From: an uncultured Candidatus Babeliaceae bacterium
GTDB taxonomy: Bacteria > Babelota > Babeliae > Babelales > Babelaceae
Length of the DNA stretch: 64,000 nt
Assembly: GCA_963704655.1 (NCBI GenBank)
Contig: OY969927.1
Coordinates: 352,001-416,000 of the forward strand
Direction: 5' to 3'
Shown: positions 37,927-47,320 of the stretch, piece after piece
Layout of the letters: every line of letters begins with the position of its first letter
Numbering within the stretch: the first letter of the stretch is position 1
The notes under the pieces: model-generated
Seen by the model: the letters and a program-made list of their open reading frames with translations, nothing else
What the model was told of the DNA's origin: nothing
Database searches by the model: none
Program-made: the position numbers and the translations under genes

Positions 37927-38058
37927 ATATTGCGGCCCGACCTGCAAATAGCTAAAATGATGTAAATTATTAAAAATTTTTCTCAAAAAACTCTATCTTC
38001 TCATAGGTCACCCTTGCTATAATTATTAATAGGAAATAAATTTTATAAGGGGGATATC

Positions 38059-39783
38059 ATGAAAATAAAATTACTTTCACTACTTACGTTACTTGCAGCG
38101 CTGCAGATTCATGCGACAGAAGTTGCACCGCAAGCTGCAATTCCAGCAATTACTTTTACTGCATATCTCCATACTCCCCTTTTTACTCTTAAGGGCCATA
38201 CACAGAGTGAAAACTCGAGTGAAAACCCGAGTGTAAACTCTATCGTATTTTCACCTGATGGTACAAAAGTTGTTACTGCTTCAGATGATAAAACTGCAAA
38301 AATCTGGGATGTTGCAACGGGTGAATTACTGCACACGCTTAAAGGTCATACAGGCTATGTGTGGTCAGCCGCATTTTCACCTAATGGCAACTATATTGTT
38401 ACTGCTTCAGCAGACGGTACTGTAAAAATCTGGGATGTTGCAAATGGTACATTAATAAGAACTCTTGAGGGTCATACAGATTGGGTGATATCAGCCGCAT
38501 TTTCACCCGATAGCAGTAAATTAGTGACTGCATCCAATGATAGAACTGCAAGAATTTGGGATGCTTCAACTGGTCAAATACTACACATTCTTAAAGGGCT
38601 TGTATTATCTGCTGCATTTTCTCCTGATGGCACCAAAGTGGTGACTACATCACTAGATGGATCAACAGGAGTTTGGGATGCACGAGTTTGGGATGCACAA
38701 ACCGGTACATCCATCTTTTCACTTGCAGGTGCTTCTTGGGCAAATGATGCCGCTTTTTCACCAGATGGCACTAAAATAGTTACCGCTGTTGGAGATAACG
38801 CAAAAATCTGGGAAGTGGAAACTGGTGCTTTAATCCGCACTCTTGTAGGGCATACGCAAGGGGTAAGCTTTGCCGCCTTTTCGCCAGATGGCAGGTATGT
38901 TGTTACTGCTTCTTGGGATAATACAGCAAGAATCTGGGATGTTGAAACTGGTCAACTACAACACACACTTAAAGGACATACATATAAGTTAATATTCGCG
39001 ACATTTTCAGCCGATGGGAACTATGTTGTTACTGCTTCTTGGGATAATACTGTACGTCTCTGGGATGCTTCAAATGGACAAGAAGTATTACGAATTAGCA
39101 CACGTTCATATGGTAATGAAGAGATTATTTGGAAACCAATAGACAAAAATCATGTAATAAGTAAACCAGGAAATGATTTATCCTCCGCTGCATTTTCACC
39201 TGATGGCACCAAAGTAGCTACTGGTTGTTATAATGGCACGATAAAAATTTGGGATATTACTCAAGCGCTATTTCAGTATGAAAAATTTATAACTATAAAA
39301 TCTATTACTGATTTAAAAGAAAAATTTGAAAACATAAAAGATAAAATCTACAAGAAATTGCGCGTATTAAACACAATGTTTGCTGATCCATTATTAACTG
39401 AAAGTGAAAAGAAAAATATACATACTTTTGCTCAGAGACTGAATGGATTAAACATTTTGGGAACACAAAAGAGTAGAGAAGGTGGTATTAGAGGCGCCAT
39501 AGATACTCGGCTTATAGCTTTAAATAACTTACCAATGGAATTAGAAAAAGCCAATAATGCCCGACAGTTTGCTGATTTTAAAAAGAAGATGCTTGATATC
39601 AACAGTGATTTACAAAAAATTGAAACCCGAATGCGCGAAATCTTTCAAGATTCTCAAGTAGTTGAGCAACGCTACCAAGATGCTCTCAAGCAGAGAAGAT
39701 TTAAGGGGACCGCATATTTAGGAATGAGAAAACCCAAATCAGCTCAGGCTCAGGCGGCTCAAGAAGAACCGGAAATAGATTAA
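38059..39783 (+). CDS. Secreted WD40-repeat protein 1, coiled-coil tail
   Basis: MKIKLLSLL signal peptide; GHT..V.SA.FSPDG..VVTAS.D.TAKIWD repeats. Confidence 0.92.
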   Translation: MKIKLLSLLTLLAALQIHATEVAPQAAIPAITFTAYLHTPLFTLKGHTQSENSSENPSVNSIVFSPDGTKVVTASDDKTAKIWDVATGELLHTLKGHTGYVWSAAFSPNGNYIVTASADGTVKIWDVANGTLIRTLEGHTDWVISAAFSPDSSKLVTASNDRTARIWDASTGQILHILKGLVLSAAFSPDGTKVVTTSLDGSTGVWDARVWDAQTGTSIFSLAGASWANDAAFSPDGTKIVTAVGDNAKIWEVETGALIRTLVGHTQGVSFAAFSPDGRYVVTASWDNTARIWDVETGQLQHTLKGHTYKLIFATFSADGNYVVTASWDNTVRLWDASNGQEVLRISTRSYGNEEIIWKPIDKNHVISKPGNDLSSAAFSPDGTKVATGCYNGTIKIWDITQALFQYEKFITIKSITDLKEKFENIKDKIYKKLRVLNTMFADPLLTESEKKNIHTFAQRLNGLNILGTQKSREGGIRGAIDTRLIALNNLPMELEKANNARQFADFKKKMLDINSDLQKIETRMREIFQDSQVVEQRYQDALKQRRFKGTAYLGMRKPKSAQAQAAQEEPEID

Positions 39784-39792
39784 AGGGACACT

Positions 39793-41238
39793 ATGAAGAT
39801 ACAATTACTTTCACTACTTACGCTACTTGCAGTGCAGCAGATTCATGCGACAGAAGTTGCACCGCAAGCTGCAATTCCAGCAAGTACTTTTACCGCGTAT
39901 ATCGATATTCCCCTTTTGACCCTTAAAGGACATGCCCAAAGTCTACGTTCAGCAGCTTTTTCACCAGATGGCACTAAAATAGTGACTGCTTCAGCTGATG
40001 CAACTGCAAAAATCTGGGATGCAAAAAATGGCGCATTACTCTTTACTCTTGAAGGGCATACAGCTTCTGTAAACGCAGCGCAATTTTCACCTGATGGTAA
40101 GTATATAGTCACGGCTTCAGCTGATAATACTGCAAAAATTTGGAGTGTTGAAACTGGCCAATTACTGCACACGCTTGAAGGGCATACAAAGCCGGTATCA
40201 TCAGCCTCATTTTCACCTGATGGTACCAAAGTCGTTACTGCTTCACTAGATGGATCAACAAGAGTTTGGAATGTTGCAACTTGGCAATTACAATACACTC
40301 TTCAGGGCCATACAAAGAGGGTATCCTCAGCACAATTTTCACCAGATGGCACTAAAATAGTTACAGCTTCTGCTGATGAAACTGCAAAAATCTGGGATGC
40401 TTCAACTGGTCAAGTACTACACATTCTTAAAGGTCATCCAGATGGGGTCTATTCTGCTTCATTTTCACCTGATGGCAAATTTATTGTTACTATCTTCCAT
40501 AAAGCGGCAAAAATCTGGGATGCCCAAACTGGTGCTTTAATAAGAGATCTTATAGGTCATACAGAATTTGTACTTTCAGCAGCTTTTTCACCTGATGGCA
40601 GGTATGTTGTTACTGCTTCATGGGATACTACTGCAAAAATCTGGGATGTCCAAACTGGTAGATTTATAATAACTCTTCACCATACAGGTTGGGTAAACTC
40701 TGCCTCTTTTTCTCCTGATGGCACAAAAGTTGTTACTACTTCAACGGATGGTACTGCAAAAATCTGGGATGTTACCCAAGAGCTATTTTATTATGAAAAA
40801 TTAATAACTTCAAAATCTATTGATGCTTTAAAAGCAAAATTTGAAAATATTAGAAATGAAATTTATGAAAAACTGCACGTATTGAACGCAATGTTTGGTG
40901 ATCCTGTATTAACTGAAGATTTTGACAAGAAAAGAATACACGAACTTGCTCAAGAACTTTATAAATTAAACATTTTGGGAACACAAAAGAGTAGAGAAGG
41001 TGGTATTAGAGGCGCCATAGATACACGGGTTATAGCTATAAATAACTTACCAATGGAATTGGAAAAAACTAATAATGCCCGCCAGTTTGCTGATTTTAAA
41101 AAGAAGATGCTTGATATCAACAGTGATTTACAAAAAATTGAAACCCGAATGCGCGAAATCTTTCAAGATTCTCAAGTAGTTGAGCAACGCTACCAAGATG
41201 CTCTCAAGCAGAGAAGATTTAAGGGGCCGCATATTTAG
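39793..41238 (+). CDS. Secreted WD40-repeat protein 2; tail duplicated from gene 1, last ~20 aa lost by a 1-nt deletion
   Basis: WD40 repeats; 3' end near-identical to gene 1 (aaggggaccgc vs aaggggccgc). Confidence 0.9.
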   Translation: MKIQLLSLLTLLAVQQIHATEVAPQAAIPASTFTAYIDIPLLTLKGHAQSLRSAAFSPDGTKIVTASADATAKIWDAKNGALLFTLEGHTASVNAAQFSPDGKYIVTASADNTAKIWSVETGQLLHTLEGHTKPVSSASFSPDGTKVVTASLDGSTRVWNVATWQLQYTLQGHTKRVSSAQFSPDGTKIVTASADETAKIWDASTGQVLHILKGHPDGVYSASFSPDGKFIVTIFHKAAKIWDAQTGALIRDLIGHTEFVLSAAFSPDGRYVVTASWDTTAKIWDVQTGRFIITLHHTGWVNSASFSPDGTKVVTTSTDGTAKIWDVTQELFYYEKLITSKSIDALKAKFENIRNEIYEKLHVLNAMFGDPVLTEDFDKKRIHELAQELYKLNILGTQKSREGGIRGAIDTRVIAINNLPMELEKTNNARQFADFKKKMLDINSDLQKIETRMREIFQDSQVVEQRYQDALKQRRFKGPHI

Positions 41239-41314
41239 GAATGAGAAAACCCAAATCAACTCAAGCTCAGGCGGCTCAAGAAGAACCGGAAATAGATTAA
41301 AAAAAATGGACAGT

Positions 41315-42949
41315 ATGAAGATAAAATTACTTTCACTACTTGTACTATTCGCGGTGCAGCAGATTAATGCGACAGAAGTTGCACCGCAAGCTACAATTCC
41401 AGCAATTACTTTTACTGCATATCTCCATACTCCCCTTTTTAACCTTAAAGGCCATACAAGTTTGATATTCTCAGTAGCCTTTTCACCAGATGGTAAATAC
41501 ATAGCCACAGCTTCAGCAGATGGAACTGCAAAAATATGGGATGCTCAAACAGGTGCTTTAATAATAACTCTTGCTCGTGAAGGAAATACAGAAAGTGTAT
41601 ACTCAGCAGCTTTTTCACCAGATAGCACCAAAGTAGTTACTGCAGAATGGGATGATACTGCAAAAATATGGGACATTACCCAAACGCTCATCAAGTATGA
41701 AAAAATTAAAAGAGAAGCTGCTACTTCAAAGGGTAGTACTACAAAAACTTGGGTTGCAGTGACGGGAAATCCGCTCTATATTCTGCAACACAAAGGCTCG
41801 GTAAACTCAGCACAATTTTCACCTGATGGGACCAAAGTTGTGACTGCTTCATGGGATAACACCGCAAAAATCTGGAATGCTCAAACTGGTGCTTTAATAA
41901 TAACTCTTGAGGGTCATACAGCTTTGTTAGACATTGCCATATTCTCACCAGATGGTACAAAAATTGTTACTGTTTCACGGGATAAAACGGCAAAAATCTG
42001 GGATGTTGCAACTTGGCAATTACAATACACTCTTGAAGGTCATACAGATTGGGTGAATTCAGGCTCATTTTCACCCGATAGCAGTAAATTAGTGACTGCG
42101 TCCAATGATAAAACAGCAATGATTTGGGATGTTACAACGGGTGAACATTTAAACATCCTTAAAGGGCATACAGATTCTGTAAACTCTGCTTTATTTTCAC
42201 CAGATGGCAAATACATAGCAACAGCTTCAGTAGATGGCACTGCAAAAATCTGGGATGTTGCAACTTATGCTTTAGTCTGCACATTTAAGGGGCATAAAGA
42301 TCATGTAAGCTTTGCACACTTTTCACCCGATGGAAAATATATTGTTACTGCATCCAATGATGGAACTGCAAAAATTTGGGATGCCGCAACGGGAACTTTA
42401 ATCTGGACGCTTAAGGGGCATACAAATAGAGTTATAGAAGCACTATTTTCACCTGATGGGACAAAAGTAATGACTGCTTCATGGGATAATACTGCCAAAG
42501 TTTGGGATGTTACCCAAGCGTTATTTCAGCATGAAAAAATTAAAACACTAAAAACTATTGATAATTTACAAAAAATATTTGAAGGAATCAGATATCTGAT
42601 TCATAAGAAATTAGCTATACTCAGCAACTTATTTGCCGATGAATCGGTATCCCCAGAGCTTAAAAAGAAGTTAATGGAAATTGGTAAAAGACTTAATGGA
42701 TTAAACATTAATGGTGCCAAGAATGCAAGAGGCAATGCGATAAATAAAGAATTAGAAGCACATTTAGAAAAAACCAATAACGCGCAACAACTTGCTGTTA
42801 TTAAAAAACGCATAAACACTCTAGACCAAGAATTACAACGCATTCAAACCAGACTGGAAGCAATTAATCAAGAATCTCAGGCTATTGAAGAAACTATACC
42901 AGAAGATGTTAGACAGCGGGCTGCGAAAGCATATGGACAGCGCACTTAG
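41315..42949 (+). CDS. Secreted WD40-repeat protein 3
   Basis: Start reassigned to MKIKLLSLL; WD40 repeats; coiled-coil tail. Confidence 0.9.
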   Translation: MKIKLLSLLVLFAVQQINATEVAPQATIPAITFTAYLHTPLFNLKGHTSLIFSVAFSPDGKYIATASADGTAKIWDAQTGALIITLAREGNTESVYSAAFSPDSTKVVTAEWDDTAKIWDITQTLIKYEKIKREAATSKGSTTKTWVAVTGNPLYILQHKGSVNSAQFSPDGTKVVTASWDNTAKIWNAQTGALIITLEGHTALLDIAIFSPDGTKIVTVSRDKTAKIWDVATWQLQYTLEGHTDWVNSGSFSPDSSKLVTASNDKTAMIWDVTTGEHLNILKGHTDSVNSALFSPDGKYIATASVDGTAKIWDVATYALVCTFKGHKDHVSFAHFSPDGKYIVTASNDGTAKIWDAATGTLIWTLKGHTNRVIEALFSPDGTKVMTASWDNTAKVWDVTQALFQHEKIKTLKTIDNLQKIFEGIRYLIHKKLAILSNLFADESVSPELKKKLMEIGKRLNGLNINGAKNARGNAINKELEAHLEKTNNAQQLAVIKKRINTLDQELQRIQTRLEAINQESQAIEETIPEDVRQRAAKAYGQRT

Positions 42950-42967
42950 AGAATTAAAAGGACACTT

Positions 42968-44590
42968 ATGAAAATAAAATTATTTTTACTACTTACAATA
43001 CTGGCAGTGCAGCATGCACATGCAGCAGAAGTTGCGCCGCAGGTTGAAGCACCACAGGTGATTATAGTAAACACCCCTGTTCTTACTCTGAATGATCCAA
43101 ACAATTTTGAAACAGCCTCATTTTCACCTGATGGTAGATATTTTGTTGCTACTGCAGGTTTGGCTGCACAAATTTGGAGCGTTGAAAATCGTGCATTAGT
43201 ACGCACTCTTGAAGGCCAGACAAAGATGGTCACATCGGCTCGATTCTCTCCCGATAGCAGATATATTGTTACTACATACTGGGATGGCGCTACTAAAATC
43301 TGGGATGCTGCAACTGACAAAGAAATAAGACCTCTTATAGGTCATACATTTTGGGTATGGAGAGCGGCATTTTCACGCGATGGAAGATTTATAGTTACCG
43401 CTAGCATGGATGGCACTGCAATTATTTGGGAAGTTGCTACTGGTAAGAAGATTCGCACAATAACAATCGATCGAGATATTGCTTATTCAGCCACGTTCTC
43501 ACCTGATGGTACAAAAGTTGCTATTGCTTTAAGTAATAATATCGCACAAATTTGGGATATCAAAACAGGTCAACAACTTACCACACTTATCGGCCATACA
43601 AGCGAGGTAGTAGATGTTGCATTTTCACCTGATGGCACTAAAATTGCTACTGGTTCAGCAGATCACACGATAAAAATTTGGAATCCGCAGACTGGTCAAA
43701 TAATCCGTACACTTAATGGCCATACCGGAGCTATAAACTCTATTGAGTTTTCACCATATGGCAACTATGTGCTTTCTGCATCTTATGATGGCACTGCAAG
43801 AATCTGGGATGTTGAAACTGGTCAAGAAGAAATTCGAATCACTGGCCATACTGACCACGTGAATTCGGCCTCATTTTCACCTGATGCAAACAAAGTAATC
43901 ACAGCCTCAAATGATAAAACCGCAAAAATGTGGGACATCAGAAACTTGCTCATTAATGAAAAAAAAGGACCGTTTAAAAATCTGATTTCCTATTTAAAAC
44001 AAACACTTGATAATCTCAAAAAAGAATTTTTTAACGAAGTTAATAAAGGTGCACGTACAGAGTTGCCGGGCACAAACCCGGAAGAAACTGCACATATACC
44101 TGAAATGCCATCGTCACATGCTTGGCGAGTTTGGCAGGCGGATCCAAACAACAAAGGCTCGATGCCTGCGCAAGAAGTGATACCATTCCTATGGAAAAAA
44201 AGAAAAAGTTTAGTTCAACAGTTTAATGCTTTAAAAGTGAGAATCGATGATTTTGAAAGAGCAGTTGATGCGGCTCAAATGGTAAATGAGCTTGAAACTA
44301 TCAGAAATACGGGCAAACAAATTATGACCGATTTAGAGCACGTTAAAAATATAGGTGTCGCTCAGTTTATAAAAGTTGTGCGTATTAAACATATGATTAA
44401 TGAGCTACAAAACCAGTTAGCCGGTTTGCCAGATTTACAAGAAAGAATTAATGGACTTGATGATGCTATTGAGCACTCTCAAACTGAAGGTGAGATTATA
44501 AGAGTCACTCAAGAATTAGAAATAATTAAAAACCAGATCCCCCAAGTACGAACAAGTACAAAGCGTAAAGCAGAGGAGATTTCTCAATGA
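42968..44590 (+). CDS. Secreted WD40-repeat protein 4, helical tail ending in KRKAEE
   Basis: Signal peptide and WD40 repeats. Confidence 0.9.
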   Translation: MKIKLFLLLTILAVQHAHAAEVAPQVEAPQVIIVNTPVLTLNDPNNFETASFSPDGRYFVATAGLAAQIWSVENRALVRTLEGQTKMVTSARFSPDSRYIVTTYWDGATKIWDAATDKEIRPLIGHTFWVWRAAFSRDGRFIVTASMDGTAIIWEVATGKKIRTITIDRDIAYSATFSPDGTKVAIALSNNIAQIWDIKTGQQLTTLIGHTSEVVDVAFSPDGTKIATGSADHTIKIWNPQTGQIIRTLNGHTGAINSIEFSPYGNYVLSASYDGTARIWDVETGQEEIRITGHTDHVNSASFSPDANKVITASNDKTAKMWDIRNLLINEKKGPFKNLISYLKQTLDNLKKEFFNEVNKGARTELPGTNPEETAHIPEMPSSHAWRVWQADPNNKGSMPAQEVIPFLWKKRKSLVQQFNALKVRIDDFERAVDAAQMVNELETIRNTGKQIMTDLEHVKNIGVAQFIKVVRIKHMINELQNQLAGLPDLQERINGLDDAIEHSQTEGEIIRVTQELEIIKNQIPQVRTSTKRKAEEISQ

Positions 44591-45897
44591 AAATAAAATT
44601 GCTTTCATTACTTATACTTGCGGTAATAACCGCAAAGCACATACACGCGTCTGAAAAATTGGAAGAGTTAAAAGAGAAAGCGGTGTATGGGAATATGATG
44701 TCGCTTGAAATCCCCACTATATCACTTATAGGTAACCAGGGTGCGGTCTTTCCTGCCTCTTTTTCACTTGATGGCATGCAAATAGTTACCGCTGGAGATG
44801 ATGGGATCGTAAGAATCTGGGACGCGCAAACGGGAAAATTACTCCAAACGCTTACTGGCCATACAATGGCAATAGGTTCGGCGGTCTTTTCACCAGATGG
44901 TGATCAAGTAGTCTCTGTTTCGCTTGATGGTACAGTACGTATATGGAACGCTCAAACGGGCACATTACTACAGGAAATTATAGTTTCTGCTGGGGCATTA
45001 TTTTCGGTAGCATTTTCACCTGATGGCACAAAAATAGCTGCTGCAGGTGCTGATGGAAATGTAAGAATCTTTAATGCAAAAAATGGTGAATTATTACAAG
45101 TAATTACTGGCAATACCAAAGAGGTAACTTCAGTGGCCTTTTCAGCAGATGGTGAATGTATACTCACTGCAGGCGCTGATGGCAGCATAAGAATGTGGAA
45201 TATTGAAACGGGTGAAGAAAGACTCACGCTTACGGGACGAGATACGAGCCCAGTATATTCGGCCTCTTTTTCATCTGATGATGCGTACATAGTTTTTGCT
45301 GGCGCAGATGGAATTGTAAGAATCTGGGATGTTGCCAAGCACACATTAGTAGGAAAACTTATTGGCCATGCCAAAGCAATATCTTCAGTGGCATTTTCAG
45401 ATGATAGCCGATTAATTGTTTCGGCTTCAAAGGATAATACAGCAAAAATCTGGGATGTCCAAACAGGGCAATTAATCCGCACCCTTAATCTTCAAGACAA
45501 CGTCAACTCAGCCTCTTTCTCGCCTGATGGCACGAGCATCGTTACTGCGTGCCAAGATGGTAGCGTAACGATTTGGGATATCAGCAAAACTGTTAACTGG
45601 GTAGAGGATGGAAAACTTGTTTGCCCGATATGCACCATGCGATTCCCTTTTAGAAATAATTTTAATTCACACATGTTCTTTGAGCATCCACTAGCTTCTG
45701 CTAAAAACCCTGAGGGAAAGCCTAAGTTGGCGCGCGCGAAAAAAAAGAAGGCTACGCCCAAGTTAAAAACAATTGGCAAAAAGAAACCTGCGCCCGCTGC
45801 ACCCATAACAGAACCGGTAATAGAGCCGATAGTTCAAGAAGCACCTGCATTAACTCCAGAGCAAGAGGAAGAACTCATTAAAGAGCTTCTTATATAA
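44587..45897 (+). CDS. Secreted WD40-repeat protein 5 with C2H2 zinc finger and basic patch
   Basis: CPICTMRFPFRNNFNSHMFFEH followed by KPKLARAKKKKATPKLKTIGKKK. Confidence 0.9.
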   Translation: MKIKLLSLLILAVITAKHIHASEKLEELKEKAVYGNMMSLEIPTISLIGNQGAVFPASFSLDGMQIVTAGDDGIVRIWDAQTGKLLQTLTGHTMAIGSAVFSPDGDQVVSVSLDGTVRIWNAQTGTLLQEIIVSAGALFSVAFSPDGTKIAAAGADGNVRIFNAKNGELLQVITGNTKEVTSVAFSADGECILTAGADGSIRMWNIETGEERLTLTGRDTSPVYSASFSSDDAYIVFAGADGIVRIWDVAKHTLVGKLIGHAKAISSVAFSDDSRLIVSASKDNTAKIWDVQTGQLIRTLNLQDNVNSASFSPDGTSIVTACQDGSVTIWDISKTVNWVEDGKLVCPICTMRFPFRNNFNSHMFFEHPLASAKNPEGKPKLARAKKKKATPKLKTIGKKKPAPAAPITEPVIEPIVQEAPALTPEQEEELIKELLI

Positions 45898-45928
45898 ATA
45901 GAATAAGTTTTATTAAAAAAGGGACAGT

Positions 45929-47212
45929 ATGAAGATAAAATTACTTTCACTACTTTCGTTACTGGCAGTTCAGCAGATTCATGCGGCAGAAGTTGCACAA
46001 GTGTCACAAGGCACTTCAGCGTATGCCATTGCGCAGGCGCTGCGGCCATTAGCTATCATTAATAACAATGGTGAAATCAATAGCGCAGCAATTTCACCCG
46101 ATGGCAAATACATAGTTACCACGTCTCTTAATACAGCACCAAAAATTTGGAATGCTCAAACTGGTGAATTCATCAGGGAGCTTTCTGCCCGGAACACAAT
46201 GCAAGCAAGATTTTCACCTGATGGCAAAAAAGTTGCTGTTATCAGTAGCGATATAATAATTTTTGATACCGAAACAGGAAATGTAGAAATGCGCTTAGCT
46301 TTCAGATTTTCTCACCCAGGCGCTGGCATTAGTACAAAAAGTTTGGCATTTTCAGCCGATGGAACTAAAATTATCAGCGGTGAAGAATATGGTACAAAAA
46401 TTTGGAATACCGCAAATGGTAAAGAAATTATACATATACTGTCAGGAGATACAGACGCTGTAGCATTTTCACCTGATAGTAATCAAGTTCTGACTTCTTC
46501 TAAAAAAAGCGAACGCCAAAAGCGGGGGATTGAAAAAACAGTGATGCTTTGGGATGCTTCAAATGGCCAATTAATACATACTTTTGATGGTCAACATTGG
46601 GGCGCTTCATTTTCTCCTGATGGAAGTCAAATAATTATGTGCTCAGATAGTAATGTTGCCGAAGTTTTTAATACCCAGGCGCTCAATAGAACTCATTGGC
46701 TTAAAGTGGTACCTCCCAGCAATATTTTCACTCCTGAGGAAATGCAATCAGCCGCCTTTTCTCCTGACGGTGAGATAGTTACTGTATCTTTAGCAGAGCA
46801 TGCGCGATTGTGGGATGCTCAAACTCGCAAGATAAAATCAACATTTGATACTTCAACCCCCAATGCTGAAATGAGCTCTATACATCCAGATTCATTTGCA
46901 CGTGATGGTAAGTTTGTTCCTCTTTTAAGGATAAAACCTCATTATGACTTAGCAAATATAGTAGAAGTTTTTAATATCGGTCAACTAGAAATTAAAGAAT
47001 ATTTCAAGAATAAATTATTACCTCTTAAGCAACAATCACTTTTAGTAACGTTGGACGCGCTTTCACGCCAAAAAAATGGCCGGCCCATTAAAAAAAGTGA
47101 TCTTGTTGCCGACCCAAGACAAGATACATCAGCATTATTCAAAGGAATGCCACAACGCGTTATAGATGCCTTAAAGCGTGTATATAAAATTGATGAGGAT
47201 GTTTTTATATAA
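45929..47212 (+). CDS. Secreted WD40-repeat protein 6 (divergent repeats)
   Basis: Signal peptide; FSPDG / IW repeats. Confidence 0.85.
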   Translation: MKIKLLSLLSLLAVQQIHAAEVAQVSQGTSAYAIAQALRPLAIINNNGEINSAAISPDGKYIVTTSLNTAPKIWNAQTGEFIRELSARNTMQARFSPDGKKVAVISSDIIIFDTETGNVEMRLAFRFSHPGAGISTKSLAFSADGTKIISGEEYGTKIWNTANGKEIIHILSGDTDAVAFSPDSNQVLTSSKKSERQKRGIEKTVMLWDASNGQLIHTFDGQHWGASFSPDGSQIIMCSDSNVAEVFNTQALNRTHWLKVVPPSNIFTPEEMQSAAFSPDGEIVTVSLAEHARLWDAQTRKIKSTFDTSTPNAEMSSIHPDSFARDGKFVPLLRIKPHYDLANIVEVFNIGQLEIKEYFKNKLLPLKQQSLLVTLDALSRQKNGRPIKKSDLVADPRQDTSALFKGMPQRVIDALKRVYKIDEDVFI

Positions 47213-47320
47213 AAACTGATTTCTTATCCTCAATAGCTTTGAAACTCTTTCTTTTTAATAGTTGCCCATACTATAATTATAATAACAATAGGAAATTATT
47301 TTTTTTAAAGAGGGCGACTT

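Noticed and set aside
39448-41300. Diversity-generating retroelement TR/VR pair in the duplicated tails (also the YVTN tails)
   Set aside because: Differences are not adenine-specific and no reverse transcriptase is present in the window
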